From: Acidobacteriota bacterium
Lineage (GTDB): Bacteria; Acidobacteriota; UBA6911; RPQK01; JAJDTT01
Direction: 5' to 3'
NCBI GenBank assembly: GCA_965209055.1
Contig: OZ242374.1
Span: 2,176,001 to 2,240,000, forward strand
DNA: 64,000 nucleotides
Both the position numbers and the translations under genes were made by a program. The notes under the pieces were generated by a model, which worked only from the letters and a program-made list of their open reading frames with translations, did not search any database and was not told the origin of the DNA. The first letter of the stretch is position 1, and the number at the start of each line of letters is the position of its first letter. Below, one piece after another: positions 36,287 through 45,356 of this stretch.

Positions 36287-37584
36287 AGAGCGTCACCCGC
36301 CGGGAATTCATGAACGTGTCGGTTGCCGGCGCGGCCACAGTCTCGTCTCTGGCGGCCACGGCCCGCCGGGTTTCGGCCAACGACCGGGTCGTGGCGGCCG
36401 TCATCGGACTTCGGGGCATGGGCCGCGTCCACGTGAGCCGTCTCGTGGAGGTCCCGGATGCCGTCTGCGCCACCCTTTGCGACGTGGACCAGAGCATGTT
36501 GGAGCGGGAGTCCAAGAAGGTCCGCGACGCCACCGGACAGTCGCCCAAGTTGGTCAAGGACTTCCGGCACGTCCTGGACGACTCCTCCATCGACGCCGTA
36601 GTGATCGCCACGCCCCATCACTGGCACGTCCCCATGGCGGTCCGGGCCCTTCGAGCCGGCAAGGACGTCTACCTGGAGAAGCCGGGCTCCCACGTCTTTC
36701 GGGAAGGACGCGTCCTGGTCGATACGGTGGAGGAGACCGGCCGCATCGTCCAGCACGGCACGCAGATGCGCTCCAGCCGGGTCACGGCCAAGGCCCGTGA
36801 ACTCCTGGATGCGGGGGTCATCGGCGAGGTCAAGATGTCCAAGGCCTGGAACAAGCAGCGGCACAAGCACCGGAAGGCGGTGCCGGACGCCCCGGTCCCG
36901 GCGGGAGTCGACTACGACATGTGGCTGGGTCCCGCGCCCAGGCGGCCCTTCAATCCCAACCGCTTTCACGGTTACTGGAACTGGTATCGCGACTACGGCA
37001 ACGGGGACATCGGCGGAGACGGCATTCACGACCTGGACATGGCGCATTTCGGCCTCGCTCCCCAGACCCATCCGGTCCGGATCACGGCGCATGGGAGCCG
37101 GGTCCACGTGGAGGGCGTGGAGCGGGAGTTTCCCGACAACATGATGGTGGCCTACCACTTCGCCGAGGGTAAGGTGCTCATCTACGAAGACCGGGCCTGG
37201 ACCCCCTACGGAAGTTTCGGCGTGGACAGCGGCAACGCCTTCTACGGAACCGAGGGATTCATGGTCTTCTCCCGCCGGGGTTTCTTCCAGGTCTACCTGG
37301 GCCGAAAGGAAGAGAAAGGCCCCTCCATGGGAGTCGGAGACGCCGTCCGCGACCGGGGCAAAGGCACGCACCTGTCCAACTTCCTGGACTGCGTCCGGAC
37401 CCGCAACCAACCGTTGGCCCCCGCCCTTCAGGTCCATCGGTCCTGCGCGCTGGTCCACCTGGGCGAGGTCGCCTACCGGACGGGCAAGGTGCTGGAGTTC
37501 GATCCGGAGACCGAGACCATCACCAATCACCCGGGCGCCAACCGGCTCTTGACAAAAGATTACCGTGGCCCGTGGTCGGTGTGA
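36283..37584 (+). CDS. Gfo/Idh/MocA oxidoreductase, Tat signal
   Basis: TRREF, IGLRGMG, ATPHHWH, YLEKP, GTQMRS, WLGPAP. Confidence 0.93.
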   Translation: MKSVTRREFMNVSVAGAATVSSLAATARRVSANDRVVAAVIGLRGMGRVHVSRLVEVPDAVCATLCDVDQSMLERESKKVRDATGQSPKLVKDFRHVLDDSSIDAVVIATPHHWHVPMAVRALRAGKDVYLEKPGSHVFREGRVLVDTVEETGRIVQHGTQMRSSRVTAKARELLDAGVIGEVKMSKAWNKQRHKHRKAVPDAPVPAGVDYDMWLGPAPRRPFNPNRFHGYWNWYRDYGNGDIGGDGIHDLDMAHFGLAPQTHPVRITAHGSRVHVEGVEREFPDNMMVAYHFAEGKVLIYEDRAWTPYGSFGVDSGNAFYGTEGFMVFSRRGFFQVYLGRKEEKGPSMGVGDAVRDRGKGTHLSNFLDCVRTRNQPLAPALQVHRSCALVHLGEVAYRTGKVLEFDPETETITNHPGANRLLTKDYRGPWSV

Positions 37585-37586
37585 CA

Positions 37587-37690
37587 GGAACGGCGATATC
37601 CAACCGCCGGGAGCGGCGATATCCTTGTCGCCGAACGGGGCGGCGATATCCTTATCGCCGAACGGAACGGCGATATCCTTATCGCCGAAC
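37587..37690 (+). repeat. Tandem array of four REP-like palindromes
   Basis: CGGCGATATCC...CGCCG units start at 37591, 37614, 37641 and 37668 (spacing 23, 27, 27). Confidence 0.9.
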
Positions 37691-37812
37691 TCCCGACCAA
37701 CAATGAACTCAACAACCAACGGCGGACCCCAACCCGCCCTCCGGAACGACCACTCGTCCCTCTGGAAATTGAAACTTCGAGTCTGAATCTCGGTCTATCC
37801 TAGGAGCGTAAC

Positions 37813-38553
37813 GTGACACAACAGAACGACAATCCAGGACTCTGCACCCGGGAAAGATCCACTGGAACCGGTCCCGCCATCTGGCTGGCCGGCGATCCGG
37901 CGGACCTGGAGAAATGGCTGCCGCTGGGAGCGGCGGGCATCGTCACCAACACGGTGGTCCTGAACCAGATGGTCCAGAAGTACGGCCAGATCGTGGACGT
38001 CGCCCAGCGCTACCTGGACATCACCGACAAACCGGTGGTGATGGAGATCGACGGCCACTCCACCGAAGAGCTGCTCCGCGTCGGCGAGGTCTTCACCCGC
38101 CTGTCGGATCGGATCATCCTCAAGATCCCCTGCACCGTCCACGGCCTCGGCGCCTTCCGTGAACTGAAGCGCCAGGGCGTCGAGACCTTCTGCACCACCG
38201 TCTTCTCCCTGACCCAGGCGGCGGCCGTGGCCCAGGCCGGCGCCACCCACATTCTCCCCTTCTGCGAGCCGGTCAAGGAGGTGGGAGGCGATCCCACCCA
38301 GTTGGTCCGGGAGTGTGTGGCCATGTTCCGGGGATGGGAGCACCGCCCGTTCATCACCGCCGCCCTGGTCCGCTCCGCCGACACGGCGTACCGGGCGCTC
38401 CGGGACGGCGCCGACGGCATCATCATCTTCTGGAACATCTTCCAGGAAATGATGAAACATCCCCTGACGGAGACCTGGAACCAGACCTTTCTGGACGAGT
38501 GGAACGCCATGCACGATGCGGGACTGCTGAATGGCGTGCCGGTGGAACATTGA
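37813..38553 (+). CDS. Transaldolase/fructose-6-phosphate aldolase family protein (divergent)
   Basis: GIVTN, ILKIP (Schiff-base Lys), TTVFSLTQA..AGA, GAD, HPLT. Confidence 0.85.
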   Translation: MTQQNDNPGLCTRERSTGTGPAIWLAGDPADLEKWLPLGAAGIVTNTVVLNQMVQKYGQIVDVAQRYLDITDKPVVMEIDGHSTEELLRVGEVFTRLSDRIILKIPCTVHGLGAFRELKRQGVETFCTTVFSLTQAAAVAQAGATHILPFCEPVKEVGGDPTQLVRECVAMFRGWEHRPFITAALVRSADTAYRALRDGADGIIIFWNIFQEMMKHPLTETWNQTFLDEWNAMHDAGLLNGVPVEH

Positions 38554-38576
38554 TCCGTCGATTCCGAGGCTGAACC

Positions 38577-39593
38577 GTGAACCAGCGCTACTCGCGTCAG
38601 ATCCTCTTCCCTCCCATCGGCGCCGGGGGACAGGAACGCCTGGCCCGGTCGAGGGTGGTGATTGTCGGCTGCGGGGCCCTGGGCAGCGTGGCCGCGGAGC
38701 AGTTGGTCCGAGCCGGGATCGGCTCCTTGCGCCTGATCGACCGCGACTTCGTGGAAGAGAGCAATCTGCAGCGGCAGTGCCTCTTCACTGAGGACCATGC
38801 CCGCCTGGCCCTGCCCAAGGCGGTGGCGGCCGAGTCGATTCTCGGCGCCATGAACTCCCAGGTCACGGTCGACGGCGTGGTCGAGGACCTGACTCATCGA
38901 AACGCGGAGGCTCTCTGTGCCGGCAGCGACCTCATTCTGGACGGCACCGACAACTTCGAAACCCGGTACCTGTTGAACGACTACTCCCTCCTTACCGGCC
39001 GGACCTGGGTCTATGGAGCCTGCGTCGGCAGTTACGGAACGGCCTTCGCGTTCCGCCCCCGGGTCACGCCCTGCCTCCAGTGCCTCTTTCCGCAGCCGCC
39101 GGCGCCCGGCAGCGCCGAGACGTGCGACACCAGCGGAATCCTGGCGCCAGTCGTCCATCTCGTGGCCTCCTACCAGGTCGCCCAGGTTCTGAAGATTCTG
39201 GTGGGCGCCGAGCCGGCGTCCACCATGCTGAAGGCGGATGTCTGGGAGAACCGGATGAAACTGGTCTCGCTGGAGGGTGCGCGCGTCCCGGACTGTCCCT
39301 GTTGCGGGGCGCTCGAGCTGCGCTTTCTGAAGGGAACGGAGGAGCGCCGTTCGGTTCGACTCTGCGGCCGGAACGCGGTCCAGGTCCAGGCGGGCGGAGA
39401 CTCGCGAACGGACCTGTCCCAAGTCGCCCGGCGGCTCCGGCCCAGTGGCAGCGTGAGCCTGAACGACTATATGATGAAATTGGAGGTCAACGGCTACGAG
39501 CTGGCTCTGTTCCGCGACGGACGGGCCATTATCCGGGGAACGGAGGACGAGAAGGAGGCCCGGGCCGTCTACGCTCGCTACATTGGCTGTTAG
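38577..39593 (+). CDS. ThiF/MoeB-family adenylyltransferase
   Basis: RYSRQ, GCGALG, DRDFVEESNLQRQ, DGTDNFETR and two CxxC motifs. Confidence 0.93.
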   Translation: MNQRYSRQILFPPIGAGGQERLARSRVVIVGCGALGSVAAEQLVRAGIGSLRLIDRDFVEESNLQRQCLFTEDHARLALPKAVAAESILGAMNSQVTVDGVVEDLTHRNAEALCAGSDLILDGTDNFETRYLLNDYSLLTGRTWVYGACVGSYGTAFAFRPRVTPCLQCLFPQPPAPGSAETCDTSGILAPVVHLVASYQVAQVLKILVGAEPASTMLKADVWENRMKLVSLEGARVPDCPCCGALELRFLKGTEERRSVRLCGRNAVQVQAGGDSRTDLSQVARRLRPSGSVSLNDYMMKLEVNGYELALFRDGRAIIRGTEDEKEARAVYARYIGC

Positions 39594-39603
39594 AGGGGTA
39601 ATC

Positions 39604-40533
39604 ATGTTGGAGAGATTACGGAGATCATGTCGTTGGCGCGGTTGGTTCACAGTCGGGGCGGGGATTCTGGCGACCACTCTTGTGATGCCGTCGCTGGCCC
39701 GGGAGTCGGGAGAGGAGAAGGCGCGGAAGGTGATCGACGCGGCGGTGACGGCCATGGGCGGCGACGCCTACCTGGAGGTCCGGAACTCCCAATCGTCCGG
39801 CCGTTACTTCTTCTTCCGGAAGGGCCGCAAGGGGTTCACCCGGTATCGGGACTGGACCGTCTACGATCCCGTCAAGTCCCGCTTCGAATTGGGGAAGAAA
39901 GAGAAGGAGCAGCGAGTCTCCGTCCACAACATGGAGTTGAACAAGGGTTGGACGCTGGAAGGCGAGTTCGACGTCGAGGAGATCCCGGACAAGGAATTGG
40001 ACTCCTGGATGAAGTTGGTTCGGAAGGACCTCAACTTCCTCATCAAGCAGCGCCTCGACGAAGAAGGAATGAGCCTTTACTACTACGGACCCGACGACAT
40101 TGCGGGACAGGGTGAGTTCGAGGCGGTGGAGTTTCTGGACGCCTCCAACAACTCGGTGGTGGTCTTTTTCAACCTGACCAGCCACCTCCCCGAAAAGGTG
40201 GAGAACGAGTACACGGACGACACCGGGTTGCGCCACAAGAAGGAGTGGGAGTTTTACAACTGGCATACCATCCAGGGAGTGCACACGCCCCTGCGGACGG
40301 ACATCTACCTGGACGGAGACATTTCCCAACAGCTCTTCATAGAAGACCTGGCCTACAACCTGCAGATTCCCGAATCCCACTTCCTGGAGCCGGCCATCGA
40401 CGAGAAGAAGAAGGCCAAGTGGGAAGAGAAGATGGCCAAGCGGTTGAGGAAGCAGGAGGAACGGGACGCCAAGGCGCAACGGGAAGCGGAGAAGGAGCGG
40501 GAGAAGAGAAGAAAAGGCCGGCGGAGCGACTGA
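39604..40533 (+). CDS. Hypothetical secreted protein (LolA-like) with a charged C-terminal tail
   Basis: Signal peptide; ARKVIDAAVTAMGG N-terminal pattern; coding-like codon usage. Confidence 0.7.
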   Translation: MLERLRRSCRWRGWFTVGAGILATTLVMPSLARESGEEKARKVIDAAVTAMGGDAYLEVRNSQSSGRYFFFRKGRKGFTRYRDWTVYDPVKSRFELGKKEKEQRVSVHNMELNKGWTLEGEFDVEEIPDKELDSWMKLVRKDLNFLIKQRLDEEGMSLYYYGPDDIAGQGEFEAVEFLDASNNSVVVFFNLTSHLPEKVENEYTDDTGLRHKKEWEFYNWHTIQGVHTPLRTDIYLDGDISQQLFIEDLAYNLQIPESHFLEPAIDEKKKAKWEEKMAKRLRKQEERDAKAQREAEKEREKRRKGRRSD

Positions 40534-40689
40534 TCCCGGCCGGAAACCCGCCGGTGGCAGACGGCTTTTGCCATGGACCGACATGTGTCCTGCGGTCCAC
40601 ACCATTGTGGACTCCAGGTCACAGTCTGCGCTCCCCGCAGCGGCGTTCGAATTACGAAATCCACTGAAAATAAAGGCTTTCCTCGTTTT

Positions 40690-40705
40690 TGGCCTGAAAC
40701 GTGCA
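40690..40705 (+). promoter_or_regulatory. Putative sigma54 -24/-12 promoter of lpxC
   Basis: TGGCCTGAAACGTGCA with GG-N10-GC spacing; AT-rich stretch upstream. Confidence 0.5.
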
Positions 40706-40721
40706 ACACGGTGCAGGCCAG

Positions 40722-41591
40722 ATGCAGAGGACCATCCGCCGGCCGTTCAAACTCAAGGGAATCGGGCTCCACACCGGATGCCGGGTGGCGGTCGAATTGA
40801 AGCCCGCGCCGGCGGGGACCGGCGTCGTCTTCCGCCGCGTCGACCTGCAGGGTTTCGAGATTGAGGCCTCCCGCCGGTACGTCTCCCGCGTGGTCCTGGC
40901 CACGACCCTCATGAAACGCGGAGTGATGCTCTCGACGGTGGAGCATCTTTTGTCGGCGGTCTACGGCCTCGGCCTGGACAACCTCTACATCGACATCGAT
41001 TCCCTGGAGGTCCCCATTCTGGACGGGTCCTCTCAGCCCTTCGTGGAGGGGATTCAGGGTGTCGGGATCGAGGAGCAGGATGCCCCTCGGACCTTCATCA
41101 AGGTAGAAAAGCCGATCCGGCTGACGGACGGGGAGAAGTTCGTCTCCATCGAGCCTTCGCCGGTGTTCCGCGTGACCTACGAGATCGATTTCACCCATCC
41201 CGTCATCGGCCGCCAACGGCTGGACCTGGAGGTGACCCCCGGGGTCTACGCACGGGAGATCTCTTTTTCCCGGACCTTCGGATTCTATCGTGAAGTCCGC
41301 CAACTCCTGGAAAACAATCTGATCCGGGGCGGCTCCTTCGAAAACGCGGTGGTGCTGAGCGACGACGGCGTCATGAGCGGTGAACTCCGGGCGCCCGACG
41401 AGTTCGTTCGCCACAAGGTCCTGGATCTGATCGGCGACGTCTCTCTCTGCGGCAGCCCGGTGATCGGGCATGTCCGCGCCTACAAGGCCGGACACGCCCT
41501 GCACACCGATCTGGCGACGGCGTTGTTTCGAAACGCGTCCCGCTGGCGTGTCGCCGAATCGGAGCTGGATGCGTTCGCCGCCACCGGTTGA
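40722..41591 (+). CDS. lpxC: UDP-3-O-acyl-N-acetylglucosamine deacetylase
   Basis: MQRTI..GIGLHTG, STVEHLLSA, RTFGF, RHKVLDLIGD, GH motifs. Confidence 0.97.
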   Translation: MQRTIRRPFKLKGIGLHTGCRVAVELKPAPAGTGVVFRRVDLQGFEIEASRRYVSRVVLATTLMKRGVMLSTVEHLLSAVYGLGLDNLYIDIDSLEVPILDGSSQPFVEGIQGVGIEEQDAPRTFIKVEKPIRLTDGEKFVSIEPSPVFRVTYEIDFTHPVIGRQRLDLEVTPGVYAREISFSRTFGFYREVRQLLENNLIRGGSFENAVVLSDDGVMSGELRAPDEFVRHKVLDLIGDVSLCGSPVIGHVRAYKAGHALHTDLATALFRNASRWRVAESELDAFAATG

Positions 41592-41645
41592 GTTTGACAG
41601 CCGGGGGCAAAAGTCGCCGTACCCCTTCCACTATAATTGCGCCTG

Positions 41646-43373
41646 ATGCCGTGTCCTCCGCTGTACGCTTCCGGAATTCGGGGTGAATCGGGGAGGGGGT
41701 GTCCGTTTCCCTGCCTCAAACGCCTGTTCCGCCTGGCCGCGGCCGCCGGTTGGATGCTGGTCTTTCTCGGTCCCGAATTGCCAGCCCAGAATCGGCGAGA
41801 GCTGCTGCTGGACCTGGGGAGCCGAAGGGCGGCGGTGGCGATGGAGCAGCGGTCCGGCGAGCCCTACGTCAGCCTCAAGGACATGATTTCCGCCCTCCGG
41901 CTCGAAGGCCGGGAGTCGAAGGACCGGTTCAATCTGTCCGGTCCCGGCGGAGAGCTCCTTTTTCTGGACGGGAGACCGCTGGTTCGGGGGGGAGTCGACT
42001 ATCTGCTCATGTCCTCCGCGGCATGGAAGAAAGGCCCTTCCGACTGGTACATCCCGGAGGATTTCCTGATTCGGGCGCTGGCGCCGGTCCTTCCGGGGCG
42101 TTTCTCCAAGACCGGCGTCGCCAGGTATCGGTTCGAACCCCGGGACCTGAACCGGGTAAAGGTGGAGGTGACGAATCATCCCGGTCACGTCCGGATCGAG
42201 TTCACCACCAGCCAGCCGGGGCCGATCCGGGTCCACGACCGGCGGGGCTACGTCGAAGTGGAGTTCGGGCCTTATCGGGTTCGTCCCGGCGCCAAGCGGG
42301 GAACCGCTTCGTCCCGTCTGGTGTCCTCGCTGAAGTTCAACTCCCGGGACCCCTTCGGCACGTTTCGCATCCACAAGGGTCAGGACTATCGCCGGTTCCG
42401 CGACGTCGGAGCCAGCGGCGCTTCGAGCAGGGTCGTGGAGATCCACGGCAGTATGCGGAGGGCTCGGGCCAGCGCCTCGAGAGCGGTCCCGGCCACTGCC
42501 GGAAGTCCCGATCCGGCTCCGGCGCGGCGATCCCGTCTCAGCAGGACCCGGCGCCCGCGGGAGAGGCCGGTCATTGTCGTCGATCCGGGTCATGGCGGAA
42601 GCGATTCCGGAGGCATCTGGGAAGGAGATCTGGGGGAGCAGGGGTTTGTCGAGAAGGATCTGGCCCTCCAGTTTGCGCTGCAGTTGCGAGACGAATTTCG
42701 GAAACGGGGCCTGGAGGTGGTTCTGACCCGGGACCGGGACGTGAATCTCTCCGCGGCCCAGCGCAGCGCCGTGGGCAACTCAAATCGAACTCGAGCCTAC
42801 CTGAGCCTCCATCTGGGACGTGCGCCGGACGCAGAGATGCGGGGCGGCGTGGTCTATTTTCATGGGAAACCCCCAGTCATACCTCCGCCGGAGCCGGAGG
42901 AACCCGACGAGGAGTCGTTGGCTCTCCAGGACGGCGAGACTCCGGACCTGCCGCAACCGGAATCGGAACCGGAGGCGGGCGAGGAGGAGGACGTCGAGAT
43001 CGTGGTGAGCCAACCGGACCCTGAATCGGACCCTGAATCGGACCCCGAACCGGAGCCCGAAGAGGAGGGAAAGTTCGTTCTCTGGGAAATGGGCCAGGAA
43101 CGATACCAGCCGCGCAGCCGGGATCTGGCCGCGGCGGTTCAGGAGAGCCTGAATCAAGCTTACGAGGTTGAGAATCAGGTCATCGAAGCCCCATTGACGG
43201 TGCTGCAGCCGGTGGCGGCCGCGGGAATCGTCGTGGAGTTCGGGCAATTGACCAACGCGGTGGACCGGTTGAACCTGACCATGCAACTCTTCCAACAGCG
43301 TCTGATTTCGGCCTTGGCTTCGGGGGTCGTTGCCTTCCTGGAAGGCCCTTCTGACGGGAGTGATCCGGAATGA
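41646..43373 (+). CDS. N-acetylmuramoyl-L-alanine amidase (Amidase_3) with an acidic insertion; start uncertain
   Basis: VDPGHGG, VEKD, VVLTR, LSLH, VVEFG; TATAAT at 41632-41637 just upstream. Confidence 0.88.
   Translation: MPCPPLYASGIRGESGRGCPFPCLKRLFRLAAAAGWMLVFLGPELPAQNRRELLLDLGSRRAAVAMEQRSGEPYVSLKDMISALRLEGRESKDRFNLSGPGGELLFLDGRPLVRGGVDYLLMSSAAWKKGPSDWYIPEDFLIRALAPVLPGRFSKTGVARYRFEPRDLNRVKVEVTNHPGHVRIEFTTSQPGPIRVHDRRGYVEVEFGPYRVRPGAKRGTASSRLVSSLKFNSRDPFGTFRIHKGQDYRRFRDVGASGASSRVVEIHGSMRRARASASRAVPATAGSPDPAPARRSRLSRTRRPRERPVIVVDPGHGGSDSGGIWEGDLGEQGFVEKDLALQFALQLRDEFRKRGLEVVLTRDRDVNLSAAQRSAVGNSNRTRAYLSLHLGRAPDAEMRGGVVYFHGKPPVIPPPEPEEPDEESLALQDGETPDLPQPESEPEAGEEEDVEIVVSQPDPESDPESDPEPEPEEEGKFVLWEMGQERYQPRSRDLAAAVQESLNQAYEVENQVIEAPLTVLQPVAAAGIVVEFGQLTNAVDRLNLTMQLFQQRLISALASGVVAFLEGPSDGSDPE
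43015..43062 (+). repeat. Intragenic 12-bp tandem repeat (DPES/DPEP)
   Basis: CGGACCCTGAAT twice, followed by two degenerate copies. Confidence 0.8.
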
Positions 43374-43954
43374 GCGAGCTGCGGATCGCGCTCTCCCTGT
43401 TCCTGTTGATCATCATCGCTCTGGGAGTCGGGTACTACCTCACCGAGGCGGAGTTGCAACGGCAGCGAAGAGTCGGCCTGGAGGAGCCGCAGGTTACCCA
43501 GCCGGTTCGCATGCCGTCCCGCTCGGGAACTTCCTCGCGTGAAATGGAGGTTCGTGTCTTCTTCTGCGCGCCCGGCGCCACGGCTCCCGGCGAAGGGTTT
43601 CTCGTGTCCGAAGATCGCACCGTCCTGCAGACGGGTGAGCCGGTGTTCAACGCGCGGCAGATCGTGGACGAACTGATTCAGGGCCCCGAGGAAGAGGGTG
43701 TCCCGATCTTTCGGCAGGACGCCACGATTCGGCAGATCTTCGTTCTGGAGGACAAGACGGCGGTGGTGGACATCAGCCGCAAGACGGCCGAGAACCTGGC
43801 CGGCGGGATCCGAATGGAATTGTGCGCCATCCATTCCATCACCAGGTCGCTGGTCGAGAACCTGGGGGAGATCGATCAGGTCCGGTTCCTGGTGGGGGGC
43901 AAGCCGGAACTCACGCTTTCCGGCCACGTTTCCATAGGGGAACCCTTCCTGTAA
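43370..43954 (+). CDS. GerMN-domain protein
   Basis: N-terminal TM, ELIQGP, AVVD, SITRSL..VRFLVGG..TLSGHV. Confidence 0.88.
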   Translation: MSELRIALSLFLLIIIALGVGYYLTEAELQRQRRVGLEEPQVTQPVRMPSRSGTSSREMEVRVFFCAPGATAPGEGFLVSEDRTVLQTGEPVFNARQIVDELIQGPEEEGVPIFRQDATIRQIFVLEDKTAVVDISRKTAENLAGGIRMELCAIHSITRSLVENLGEIDQVRFLVGGKPELTLSGHVSIGEPFL

Positions 43955-43987
43955 CATGGCCCCTCCCGGGCGGAGAGACGACTGACA

Positions 43988-44791
43988 GTGATGAATCGCA
44001 GAAACGACGGACGGCGTCCCGACGATTTGAGGCCGGTGAAAGTCACCACCGGCTTTACCAGGCATGCGGAAGGATCGGTCCTGATGGAGTGCGGAGACAC
44101 CCGGGTCCTCTGCACGGCAAGCGTCGAGAAGAAGGTCCCCCCCTTCTTGCGGGGAGCCGGCCAGGGTTGGATCACCGCCGAGTATGGGATGCTTCCCCGG
44201 TCGACCCACACCCGCATGATTCGCGAGGTGGCCAAGGGAAAGCTCTCCGGGAGGAGCCAGGAGATTCAGCGCCTGATCGGGCGGTCGTTGCGGGCGGTCG
44301 TGGACCTTCACCTCCTGGGAGAGCGGACCATCTGGTTGGACTGTGACGTGCTTCAGGCGGACGGGGGCACCCGCACCACCTCCATCACCGGGGCTTTCCT
44401 GGCACTGGCCCTGGCCCTGGATCGGTTGCATGGGGAGCGGACTCTTCAGGAACCGGTCCTCCTGTCTCCCGTGGCCGCGGTCAGCGTGGGAATCCTGGGA
44501 GACGAACCGGTGTTGGATCTGAACTACCGGGAAGATTTCGCCGCCGAAGTGGACATGAACGTGGTCATGACCGGTCAGGACGAGTACGTCGAAGTCCAGG
44601 GGACCGCGGAAGGAACTCCCTTCGGCCAGGGACAACTGGATCGGCTCCTGGAATTGGCCCGCGGCGGAATCCGGCAACTGATCTCCAGGCAGCGGGCCGT
44701 ATTGGAAGACACGACGGAAGATGCCGCCCGGCTGTTCCGGCCCGATCCCGCCTCCAATCGTTTTGCGATTCCTGTTGGCAACTCGAAATAA
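43988..44791 (+). CDS. rph: Ribonuclease PH
   Basis: [44 protein letters not shown]. Confidence 0.98.
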   Translation: MMNRRNDGRRPDDLRPVKVTTGFTRHAEGSVLMECGDTRVLCTASVEKKVPPFLRGAGQGWITAEYGMLPRSTHTRMIREVAKGKLSGRSQEIQRLIGRSLRAVVDLHLLGERTIWLDCDVLQADGGTRTTSITGAFLALALALDRLHGERTLQEPVLLSPVAAVSVGILGDEPVLDLNYREDFAAEVDMNVVMTGQDEYVEVQGTAEGTPFGQGQLDRLLELARGGIRQLISRQRAVLEDTTEDAARLFRPDPASNRFAIPVGNSK

Positions 44792-45350
44792 GGGAAAGGT
44801 GGCGGAGGTCCTCCACGCCCTGGAAGGACTCCCGGTCCAGGTGGACCTGCTGCCGGACCATCCCCGGATCCCCGAACCGGAGGAAACCGGCCTGACCTTC
44901 CGCGAGAATGCGGCGCTCAAGTCCCGCTACTACTCCCGTCTCACGGGTGTCCCCACTCTCTCGGAGGATTCCGGACTGGCCGTGGAGGTGCTGGACGGAC
45001 GTCCGGGCGTCCGTTCGGCCCGCCTGGCCCCCACCGACGGCGAGCGAATCCAGACCCTGCTGAAGCTGATTGCGGAGGCCGATCCGGAGTGGCCCGATTC
45101 CCGTCCCCGGGCCCGCTTCGTCTCGGCGATGTGCCTGTCCCTGCCGGAGGAGCGCATCCAGGTACAGGGGGAGGTCTGGGGACGGATCGTTCCCGAGGCC
45201 CGGGGAGCCAACGGCTTCGGCTACGACCCGGTCTTCTTCTATCCGCCCCTGAACCGGACCTTCGCCCAACTCACCATCGAGCAGAAGAGCCGGATCTCCC
45301 ATCGATCCCGGGCATTGCGGAAGCTTCGGGCCCGGCTCAAGGCATTCTGA
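44763..45350 (+). CDS. rdgB: Non-canonical purine NTP pyrophosphatase; start may be 44721
   Basis: [34 protein letters not shown]; follows rph. Confidence 0.95.
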   Translation: MRFLLATRNKGKVAEVLHALEGLPVQVDLLPDHPRIPEPEETGLTFRENAALKSRYYSRLTGVPTLSEDSGLAVEVLDGRPGVRSARLAPTDGERIQTLLKLIAEADPEWPDSRPRARFVSAMCLSLPEERIQVQGEVWGRIVPEARGANGFGYDPVFFYPPLNRTFAQLTIEQKSRISHRSRALRKLRARLKAF

Positions 45351-45356
45351 TCCGAA

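Noticed and set aside
37587-37690. Possible CRISPR array
   Set aside because: The period is only 23-27 bp with no unique spacers, no cas genes are present, and the units match dispersed REP-like palindromes.
41594-41637. Consensus sigma70 promoter TTGACA/TATAAT
   Set aside because: The spacing is 32 bp rather than about 17; only the -10 hexamer is plausible.
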